In this document: in pieces, positions 37,776 through 44,824 of the stretch | How positions within the stretch are numbered: position 1 is the stretch's first letter | Layout of the letters: each line of letters opens with the position of its first letter | NCBI GenBank assembly: GCA_003520925.1 | Contig: DOTV01000233.1 | Location: 14,547 to 62,144, forward strand | Reading direction: 5' to 3' | Length of the DNA stretch: 47,598 nucleotides | DNA from: Bacteroidales bacterium | Lineage (GTDB): Bacteria > Bacteroidota > Bacteroidia > Bacteroidales > VadinHA17 | Made by a program: the position numbers and the translations under genes | The notes under the pieces: model-generated | Seen by the model: the letters and a program-made list of their open reading frames with translations, nothing else | Told to the model about the DNA's origin: nothing | Database searches by the model: none

Positions 37776-39671
37776 ATGAAAATGAAACTGAGATCTTATA
37801 CTGTTCTGCTTGTCGCACTGTGGATAGGGGAAGTTGTTTTTTTGACAGGATGTAAACCAGACCCGGTAGAGCCAACATTAACCACGGTTGCTACCTCGGA
37901 GGTAACAATAAACAGTGCTAAAACAGGTGGTAATATCACTTCTAACGGAGGTGCGGAAGTGACAGCCAGGGGTGTGTGCTGGGGAACATCTGTACAACCT
38001 CTGATATCCGGATCACATACAACCGACAGTAAGGGTATAGGTGTTTTCACGAGCCTTCTGACAGGATTGACTCCTGGAACAACCTACTACTTAAGGGCTT
38101 ATGCCACAAATGAAGCAGGTACTGCTTATGGAAATGAAATCACTTTTTCAACGGTGGCTCTTACATTACCTGAATTGACAACTCTGGCGGTTACCGGGAT
38201 AACATCCACTGGTGCAGTTTCGGGAGGTAATATTACAAAAGACGGAGGAGTTGAAGTCACAGCGAGAGGAATATGCTGGTCATCGGTGGCAAATCCTACA
38301 ATAAGTGACACCAAGACATCAAACGGAAGCGGCCCAGGTAGTTTCACTGCAAATATAACAGGACTGACGCCTGGTTCAAGCTATCATGTAAGAGCCTACG
38401 CAACAAACAGCGTAGGAACAGCTTATGGAAACGATCTGCCATTTACGGCTTCAGCGGTAACCCCGACTTTAACAACAGCTGCCATTACCTCCCCAGGAAG
38501 GACTACAGCTGTTTCGGGGGGCAACATAACAAATAACGGAGGGGCGGCAGTTACTGCCCGGGGTGTCTGCTGGAGTACATCTTCCGGGCCACTGGCTACC
38601 GGTTCTCATACCTCTGACGGAACAGGAAATGGAACCTTTACAAGCAATATAACCGGATTGATCCCCTCAACCTCTTATTATGTCAGGGCATATGCTACCA
38701 ATTCGGCTGGTACTTCTTACGGGAATGAACAATTCTTCACAACAAGTCCGGTTCAGGTCCCGACAGTCACAACTACTGCGGTAACAGGTGTTACATTGTC
38801 GGCTGCAGTCTCGGGAGGAAATATTACTGATGATAATGGCGGAACTGTGACTGCACGGGGTGTCTGCTGGAATACAACAGGTAATCCTACGACTTCCGAC
38901 CCCAAAACGACTGATGGCAGCGGAACCGGAAGTTTCCCAAGTAATATTGCCGGCCTGAATTCCGGGACAGTCTATTATGTGAGGGCATACGCGACCAACA
39001 GCGCCGGTTCAGGTTACGGAACCCAACAGAGGTTGTCGACTTCAGCTTCCGATATAGATGGTAATATTTACAAAACTGTGGTTATCGGTTCACAATTGTG
39101 GATGCAGTCGGATCTGAAGACAACCAGGTATAATAATAATACTCTGATTCCGACAGTTACCACCGGTTCAGGCAGTAATGCGGCCTGGGCTGCCCTGACC
39201 TCGGCTGCCTGCTGCTGGTATGATAATAATCCTTCCTATGGATCCACATATGGGATGATATATAACTGGTACGCGGTTGAGACAAATATTCTTTGTCCGA
39301 CCGGATGGCATGTCCCGACAGATGATGAGTTTAAGGCACTTGAATTATCCCTTGGGATGACTCAGGCTCAGGTCGACGGTACACTCTGGAGAGGAACCGA
39401 CCAGGGAACACAACTGAAATCTACATTGACCTGGACTCCGGCCGGAGGTACTAATTCAAGCGGATTTACAGGCCTCGGAAGCGGATACAGATATGGTGTT
39501 GATGGCGGTTTCAACAGCATGGGATCGGTTAATTACTGGTGGAGTTCAACTTTGCATTGGTCCGATACAACAAAAGCGCTTTATCGCCGTTTAGATAGCG
39601 TTGAGACGGGAGTTTTCCGTGAGGGGGTTATTAAAGCGGGCGGTAAATCAGTTAGATGCCTGAGAAACTAA
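37776..39671 (+). CDS. FISUMP-domain lipoprotein with 4 N-terminal repeat modules (P2)
   Basis: It has the lipobox LTGC followed by KPDPVE, four modules and a C-terminal FISUMP-like domain of the variant subtype (GMTQAQVDG..WRGTDQGTQLK) ending in SVRCLRN-stop. Confidence 0.8.
   Translation: MKMKLRSYTVLLVALWIGEVVFLTGCKPDPVEPTLTTVATSEVTINSAKTGGNITSNGGAEVTARGVCWGTSVQPLISGSHTTDSKGIGVFTSLLTGLTPGTTYYLRAYATNEAGTAYGNEITFSTVALTLPELTTLAVTGITSTGAVSGGNITKDGGVEVTARGICWSSVANPTISDTKTSNGSGPGSFTANITGLTPGSSYHVRAYATNSVGTAYGNDLPFTASAVTPTLTTAAITSPGRTTAVSGGNITNNGGAAVTARGVCWSTSSGPLATGSHTSDGTGNGTFTSNITGLIPSTSYYVRAYATNSAGTSYGNEQFFTTSPVQVPTVTTTAVTGVTLSAAVSGGNITDDNGGTVTARGVCWNTTGNPTTSDPKTTDGSGTGSFPSNIAGLNSGTVYYVRAYATNSAGSGYGTQQRLSTSASDIDGNIYKTVVIGSQLWMQSDLKTTRYNNNTLIPTVTTGSGSNAAWAALTSAACCWYDNNPSYGSTYGMIYNWYAVETNILCPTGWHVPTDDEFKALELSLGMTQAQVDGTLWRGTDQGTQLKSTLTWTPAGGTNSSGFTGLGSGYRYGVDGGFNSMGSVNYWWSSTLHWSDTTKALYRRLDSVETGVFREGVIKAGGKSVRCLRN
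37872..39041 (+). repeat. Four tandem in-frame ~94-aa coding modules in P2
   Basis: The units span roughly 37872-38153, 38169-38450, 38463-38744 and 38760-39041. All carry ARG(V/I)CW and Y(Y/H)(V/L)RAYATN..G..YG. Confidence 0.8.
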
Positions 39672-39762
39672 ATTGCAGAGGATTAATTTAAAATAAAAAA
39701 GCTCAAACCATAAAATAACAAAAATAACAAACTTAAAATTCTAATCACTAATTCACTTTATT

Positions 39763-41637
39763 ATGAAGAAAGTCTTAAATCTTTTTGCTTTTGTGTGTTT
39801 CCTGGCCGGTGTTGCAGCCTTTACCAGCTGCAAAAAAACGGAGATTCCAACACTGACAACAACTGCAATAAGCAGTATCACTACTACTACAGCTTCCTCG
39901 GGAGGTAACATAACCGATGATGGCGGAGCAGAGGTGACAGCTCGCGGAGTTTGCTGGGGAACTGCAACAAAACCTGAAATTACAGGTTCGAAAACAAGCG
40001 ATAGTAAAGGCATCGGAAGTTTTACAAGCAGTATTACGGGCTTAACCCCGAATACCAAGTACTACGTCAGAGGCTACGCAACAAACAGCGAAGGAACTGC
40101 CTATGGCAACGAACAGTCATTCACTACAAATGCTGTTGTTGGCGCAACAGTAACCACTACCGCAGTTACTTCACTTACATCCACAACAGCTGTTTCTGGT
40201 GGCAATATCACAAATGATGGAGGAGCACCAATTACTGCAAGGGGAGTATGCTGGGCAACAACTGCAAATCCTGTGGCCACCGGATTGCATACCACAGATG
40301 GTACAGGATCCGGCACTTTTACAAGCAATATCACCGGACTGACTCCTGGTACAGCTTACCATGTAAGAGCTTATGCAACCAACAGCTTCGGAACTGCTTA
40401 TGGAGCAGATGTTCCATTTAATTCTGCAGCAGTCATTCCAACAGTTACAACAACTGCAGTTACTGCACCGACACAGACTACAGCAACTTCGGGAGGAAAT
40501 GTGACTGCCGACGGTGGCTCAGCCGTAACAGCCAGAGGTGTATGCTGGACATCAGGAACAGCTGATCCTGTTGCTACCGACAGCCATACAACTGACGGCA
40601 CAGGTACAGGAACGTTTACCAGCAGTATCACAGGACTTACACCAAATACAACTTATAAGGTGAGAGCTTATGCAACCAACGCAGTTGGAACTGCTTACGG
40701 TGCTGTTGTACCATTACAGACAAGCCCTGTCTTACTTGGCACGGTTACAACTGCTGCTGTATCGACCTTTACAGCAACAGGTGCAGTAACAGGTGGTGAA
40801 GTGACAGCCACAGGCGGAGGAACAATAACTGCACGTGGTGTATGCTACAGTACTTCAGCAAATCCAGATATTACAACAGGAACTGTAACGACTGATGGTG
40901 CAGGTATTGGAGCCTTCACAAGTACCTTAAGCGGACTCTCAGACGGAACTGTATATTATGTAAGGGCTTATGCAACAAACGCTGCTGGAACAGCATATGG
41001 GTCGCAGGTTCAGTTACTTACTATGGTTTCTGATGCTGAGGGTTACCTCTATAAGACGGTTCTTATAAATAATAAGGTCTGGATGGCTGAGAACCTCAGA
41101 ACCAAGAAATACAATGATAACAGTGACGTAACTAACGTCACCGACGGCACAGCATGGGCTGGTCTCACAACACAGGCTTATTGCTGGTACGGAAATGATG
41201 AAACTACGAACAAGCCTCTTTATGGTGCATTGTATAACTGGTACGCAGTAAATCAGGGTAAACTTTGCCCGACAGGCTGGCATGTTCCTACTGATGCTGA
41301 ATTCAAGGGACTTTCAATATTCCTTGGAATGACACAGGCACAGGCTGATGGTTATTCATGGCAGGGAACTGACCAGGGTACACAGCTGAAGGCAACTGCA
41401 GGATGGACAACCGGAAACGGAACCAACACAGTCGGATTCACGGCTCTTCCGGGCGGGTATCGCTACTATTTTGACGGTGGATTTGCAGGTGCAGGTACAA
41501 TTGGTTACTGGTGGTCATCTGATCAGGTCAGCGGTACAAATGCATACTACAGAAGACTCGATGGCGCAAATGCCGGAATCTTCAGGGAAGGTGCAGTTAA
41601 AGCTGCAGGAAAATCTGTCAGATGTATTAAAAACTAA
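39763..41637 (+). CDS. FISUMP-domain lipoprotein with 4 N-terminal repeat modules (P3)
   Basis: It has the lipobox FTSC, four modules and a variant-subtype C-terminal domain (GMTQAQADGYSWQGTDQGTQLK) ending in SVRCIKN-stop. Confidence 0.8.
   Translation: MKKVLNLFAFVCFLAGVAAFTSCKKTEIPTLTTTAISSITTTTASSGGNITDDGGAEVTARGVCWGTATKPEITGSKTSDSKGIGSFTSSITGLTPNTKYYVRGYATNSEGTAYGNEQSFTTNAVVGATVTTTAVTSLTSTTAVSGGNITNDGGAPITARGVCWATTANPVATGLHTTDGTGSGTFTSNITGLTPGTAYHVRAYATNSFGTAYGADVPFNSAAVIPTVTTTAVTAPTQTTATSGGNVTADGGSAVTARGVCWTSGTADPVATDSHTTDGTGTGTFTSSITGLTPNTTYKVRAYATNAVGTAYGAVVPLQTSPVLLGTVTTAAVSTFTATGAVTGGEVTATGGGTITARGVCYSTSANPDITTGTVTTDGAGIGAFTSTLSGLSDGTVYYVRAYATNAAGTAYGSQVQLLTMVSDAEGYLYKTVLINNKVWMAENLRTKKYNDNSDVTNVTDGTAWAGLTTQAYCWYGNDETTNKPLYGALYNWYAVNQGKLCPTGWHVPTDAEFKGLSIFLGMTQAQADGYSWQGTDQGTQLKATAGWTTGNGTNTVGFTALPGGYRYYFDGGFAGAGTIGYWWSSDQVSGTNAYYRRLDGANAGIFREGAVKAAGKSVRCIKN
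39847..41022 (+). repeat. Four tandem in-frame ~94-aa coding modules in P3
   Basis: It has the same module consensus as P1 and P2. The fourth unit has GVCY in place of GVCW. Confidence 0.8.
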
Positions 41638-41656
41638 AACATCTTAAGCATAAGTA

Positions 41657-41694
41657 AAAAGAGGCTGCCTCAGAAAGGCAGCCTCTTTTATTTG
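41657..41694. terminator. Bidirectional intrinsic terminator between P3 and the DUF4956-like gene
   Basis: gaggctgcc (41661-41669) pairs with ggcagcctc (41677-41685) around a 7-nt loop. An A-run precedes the stem and TTTTATTT follows it. Confidence 0.8.
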
Positions 41695-41780
41695 TCTGTT
41701 AAGGGTCAAATATTGTGAATGATCTATTTAAAGTGATGGTCAGTTAAAAGCATGGGGTTGTGGAAAATGTTTTTCTTAAC

Positions 41781-41905
41781 CGCAGAGCCCTCTAAGAAGG
41801 TGCAAAGCACGCAAAGCTAGAATGTTACTATCTAGCTCTCTGCGATCTATGCGTATCCCGAGTATTCAGGATGGCGACCTTTGCGCCTGCCTGCCGTCAG
41901 GCAGG
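41781..41905. repeat. Composite intergenic repeat (CGCAGAG/CTCTGCG, GCAAAG..CGCAAAG/CTTTGCG, plus two local hairpins)
   Basis: CGCAGAG is at 41781 and CTCTGCG at 41838. tgcaaagcacgcaaag (41801-41816) faces ctttgcg (41879). The local hairpins are gctag..ctagc (41816-41836) and cctgcctg-ccgt-caggcagg (41886-41905). Confidence 0.45.
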
Positions 41906-41971
41906 GTTAATGGATTTCGACTTTTTCAAGAGCCCCATAAAAATCTTTTTGTAATGGGTATTTATCAGAGG

Positions 41972-42568
41972 TTAATCCTTGTAAGATACATCGATAGAAG
42001 CGACCTTTTTCTTATAATCTATTTTCCTGATCCTGTACTTAAGGATCTCTTTCCCTGTCAGATCTGAAAATTCCTTAAGCATCTTGGGTTTCTTCGCTGA
42101 CTGCAGCAATTCCAGATCTTCATAAATAATCGAAAACGTCGTTGTATTATTTCTAAGGGCAAACTCTTCAAGGAAAATAGCTGAAATAATTATAATTATA
42201 TTGAAAATAACCACTCCCAGAACAGGAAAACCAACCAGCTTCAGGGAATTGATAAGAGAAATTGCAATAGTTGTAAAGATATATGACATATCCTTCAGCC
42301 CGAAATTCCGTGTTCTGAACCTTAAAATTGCAAATATTGCAAAGAGTCCAACAGCCATTCCGAACTCAATGAAAACGGACTTAAGCATCGAACTGACAAA
42401 GAAAACAGTTATTCCCATCATGAAAAAAGTAAAAAGGAACTTCTCCTTCTTTGAGTACCTGAAGTAGATTACCCGGATCAGAACGAAAATGAAAGCCATG
42501 TTAATTACGAACCTGATGAGAATGCCGAAAAAATCAGGATTGTTGAGATTGAAAAAATTGTCAGGCAT
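41972..42568 (-). CDS. DUF4956-like integral membrane protein
   Basis: 198 aa with 4-5 TM helices. The motif GLFAIFAILRFRT resembles the conserved (S/A)I(V/I)RFRT core of DUF4956. A charged soluble C-terminal tail follows. Confidence 0.55.
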   Translation of the reverse strand: MPDNFFNLNNPDFFGILIRFVINMAFIFVLIRVIYFRYSKKEKFLFTFFMMGITVFFVSSMLKSVFIEFGMAVGLFAIFAILRFRTRNFGLKDMSYIFTTIAISLINSLKLVGFPVLGVVIFNIIIIISAIFLEEFALRNNTTTFSIIYEDLELLQSAKKPKMLKEFSDLTGKEILKYRIRKIDYKKKVASIDVSYKD

Positions 42569-42743
42569 AAGTTTAGATTTTGGTTACACAAAATTAAATT
42601 AATTTCTAACAGCTAAGTCAGGATTGGGTAAAAAATCAACCGGAGCGTTTCCTTCAGGTTCACTTAAAGGCTTTTAATTTTCTTATTTACTGCAATAACC
42701 ATTATCCTGACATCGTTTATATAATAGTAAAATCCGAAGCAAA

Positions 42744-42935
42744 ATGAAAGCCAGAAAATACTCTAATTCCAAAAACACCAAGTTTGTGAGGATAGATAAC
42801 TCAACCTGGATTGAAGCAGACGTATGGATCCCCGATGAAGTGGCAAGGATGCAGTTCCTTCAGAAAATGCAGTTGACTAAACCAGGTACCTTTCAGGTAC
42901 AGGCTAAGAACGGTAATCTGATTGCAAGCAGCTGA
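42744..42935 (+). CDS. Hypothetical small basic protein (63 aa)
   Basis: The ORF has an ATG start, its own downstream terminator and no overlap with other ORFs. I recognise no family. Confidence 0.4.
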   Translation: MKARKYSNSKNTKFVRIDNSTWIEADVWIPDEVARMQFLQKMQLTKPGTFQVQAKNGNLIASS

Positions 42936-42964
42936 TCTGTAATGCCATAGAAAGAGATAAGTTG

Positions 42965-42988
42965 AAAAGCCCTGTAACAGGGCTTTTA
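42965..42988 (+). terminator. Intrinsic terminator after the 63-aa ORF
   Basis: gccctg-taa-cagggc (42969-42983) is flanked by AAAA upstream and TTTT downstream. Confidence 0.65.
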
Positions 42989-43051
42989 TAGTAAATAATA
43001 TAAATGATTATTGGTACAGAATTTTAAGATCGGTAATTTGAATTATTTGAG

Positions 43052-43765
43052 ATGAAAAGTTTGACCCGGATTTCATTTATTTACTTAACCATAACGGGAC
43101 TGATTCTAATCCAGATGGTTGGTTGCAAAAAAGACGATCCGATTACGGTTACCGACATTGAGGGCAATACATATTTCGCAACTACAATCGGAAGCCAGAT
43201 ATGGATGACAGAAAACCTCAAAACCACAAGATTCAATGATAAATCAACCATAACCCTTGTCCCTTCCAATAGTACCTGGATCTCCACGACGAGGCCCTCC
43301 TATTGTTGGTTTTCCAATGATACCTTAAATAAAGCCCTGTACGGTGCGATATATAATTATTATGCCGTACAATCAGGGAAACTTTGTCCTTTCGGCTGGC
43401 ATGTGCCCACCAATGACGAATTCAAGGCGCTGGAGAAAAGTCTTGGCATGACACAGGTTGAAGCTGATTCAATGGGATGGCGAGGTACCGACCAGGGGAA
43501 AAAAATGAAGAGCAGAACAGGATGGAAAGACAACGGAAACGGGACTAACAGAAGTGGTTTCAACGGACTTGCAGGTGGATACAGATATGGTGTGGATGGC
43601 GGTTTTAACGATCTGGGCGCCGTGAGTTACTGGTGGACTTCAACCAAAAAGAGCGCCACCCTTGGCTTATACCGACGACTGGATTACGACAAAAGTCAGG
43701 TATATGCAGAAGGTGTTAAATTACAGGCAGGAAAATATGTAAGATGTGTTAAAGATTCTATCTGA
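43052..43765 (+). CDS. FISUMP-domain lipoprotein, domain only (P4)
   Basis: It has the lipobox MVGC followed by KKDD and no repeat module. The variant-subtype domain (GMTQVEADSMGWRGTDQGKKMK) ends in YVRCVKDSI-stop. Confidence 0.8.
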   Translation: MKSLTRISFIYLTITGLILIQMVGCKKDDPITVTDIEGNTYFATTIGSQIWMTENLKTTRFNDKSTITLVPSNSTWISTTRPSYCWFSNDTLNKALYGAIYNYYAVQSGKLCPFGWHVPTNDEFKALEKSLGMTQVEADSMGWRGTDQGKKMKSRTGWKDNGNGTNRSGFNGLAGGYRYGVDGGFNDLGAVSYWWTSTKKSATLGLYRRLDYDKSQVYAEGVKLQAGKYVRCVKDSI

Positions 43766-43797
43766 TAAATTGTTATTTGCAATACCAGTGGGTTTCT

Positions 43798-43830
43798 GCC
43801 CCCGGATCGAATCCTGGGGCTTTTTATTTT
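43798..43830 (+). terminator. Intrinsic terminator after P4
   Basis: gcccccgg-atcgaat-cctggggc (one mismatch) is followed by TTTTTATTTTT. Confidence 0.6.
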
Positions 43831-43999
43831 TACTGAATCATCAGTTTTGCTTTCGAATACGGGCTTTGGAAATTCTCCGCCGATTGCACTAAATATTATA
43901 ATAATTAATATAAAAGTACAAGAAAATTATGCAAAAGTGAAAGGCAAAAATATTTAAGAAGCCGAACTTTATTTAATAACAACCCTAAAATTGTCCGTT

Positions 44000-44695
44000 A
44001 TGAAATTGATAAGCAGAAACAGGATTATCAATTTTTTCATAGCCGGATTGATCTTAAGTCTGGGTTTTGAATGCAGGAAAGCGGATGAGGAAGATACCAG
44101 AATTACAGATGCCGATGGCAATGTCTATAAATCCGTTACCATTGGCAACCAGGTATGGTTGAGGGAGAACCTGAAAACCACCAGGTACAATAATGGTGAT
44201 CTCATTGGAACAACAGCACCTGTAACACTTGATATTTCGGAAGAACTCAGACCAAAATACCAATGGGCTTACGAGGGGTTTGAAGATAATGTAGCGGATT
44301 ATGGCAGGCTCTATACCTGGTTCGCGGCTTCCGACAAAAGGGGAATATGTCCGGAAGGCTGGCATGTTCCAAGTTATGAAGAACATGATGAATTAAATAA
44401 TTTCGGGGAAGGTAATAAGCTGCCGTCAGATAAGCTAAAAGAAGCAGGAACAGTTCACTGGCTGTGGCCTAATACGGGGACTAATGAAAGTGGATTTACG
44501 GCATTGCCAGCAGGGCGGCGTAAGCCGGAAGGTGTTTTTTGCGGATTATACTCGGGAGCATTCTTCTGGAACTCTGCGATCGATAAATACCACCCTGAAA
44601 CCGGGGCTCATGCTCTTGCAATATCAGCCGGGTGCTGCTTATCCAATTACAGCGGATCTGAAGCATTTAGTGTCCGGTGTATTAAAGATCAATAA
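44000..44695 (+). CDS. FISUMP-domain secreted protein, domain only (P5)
   Basis: The ORF-track start at 43991 is TTG; the first ATG at 44000 gives MKLISRNR. A hydrophobic signal ends in the atypical lipobox GFEC followed by RKADEED. The canonical-subtype domain (DADGNVY, CPEGWHVP) ends in SVRCIKDQ-stop. Confidence 0.72.
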   Translation: MKLISRNRIINFFIAGLILSLGFECRKADEEDTRITDADGNVYKSVTIGNQVWLRENLKTTRYNNGDLIGTTAPVTLDISEELRPKYQWAYEGFEDNVADYGRLYTWFAASDKRGICPEGWHVPSYEEHDELNNFGEGNKLPSDKLKEAGTVHWLWPNTGTNESGFTALPAGRRKPEGVFCGLYSGAFFWNSAIDKYHPETGAHALAISAGCCLSNYSGSEAFSVRCIKDQ

Positions 44696-44788
44696 AAAGA
44701 ATCAGAACTGATCATCAGATCAATTTATGATATTGGAGAGAACCTAACTGGATTTCCTTTGGCATGAATATTGAGCTGAAATACTGCA

Positions 44789-44796
44789 TATCTTTG
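44789..44796 (+). promoter_or_regulatory. Bacteroidota -7 box (TAnnTTTG) upstream of P6
   Basis: TATCTTTG lies 28 nt upstream of the ATG at 44825. Confidence 0.4.
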
Positions 44797-44824
44797 GTAT
44801 TGGAACAAATTCGCAAGCTCACTC

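Noticed and set aside
35978-40631. A series of 72-104-aa minus-strand ORFs lies inside the FISUMP genes, for example 36389-36607, 36671-36904, 37796-38050, 38126-38347, 39753-40058, 40101-40334 and 40398-40631. Their translations resemble one another (..LLV..P.P.P.VV...Q.TPLAVT..PPS.V.LPP..).
   Set aside because: They are the antisense image of the repeated sense-strand module, whose Thr/Gly/Ala/Asn-rich codons lack antisense stops. Their mutual similarity is inherited from the sense repeats. The sense frames have signal peptides, lipoboxes and run continuously into a recognisable C-terminal domain.
41822-42067. An 81-aa plus-strand ORF in the P3/DUF4956 spacer.
   Set aside because: It spans the repeat element and overlaps the 3' end of the DUF4956-like gene on the other strand. 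Its translation has no recognisable features.
43798-43820. A tRNA-like T-arm: cccgg-atcgaat-cctgg resembles GGTTCGAATCC.
   Set aside because: No acceptor, D-arm or anticodon arm can be built from the flanking sequence. The hairpin is followed by a T-run and lies just after a stop codon, so it is an ordinary intrinsic terminator.
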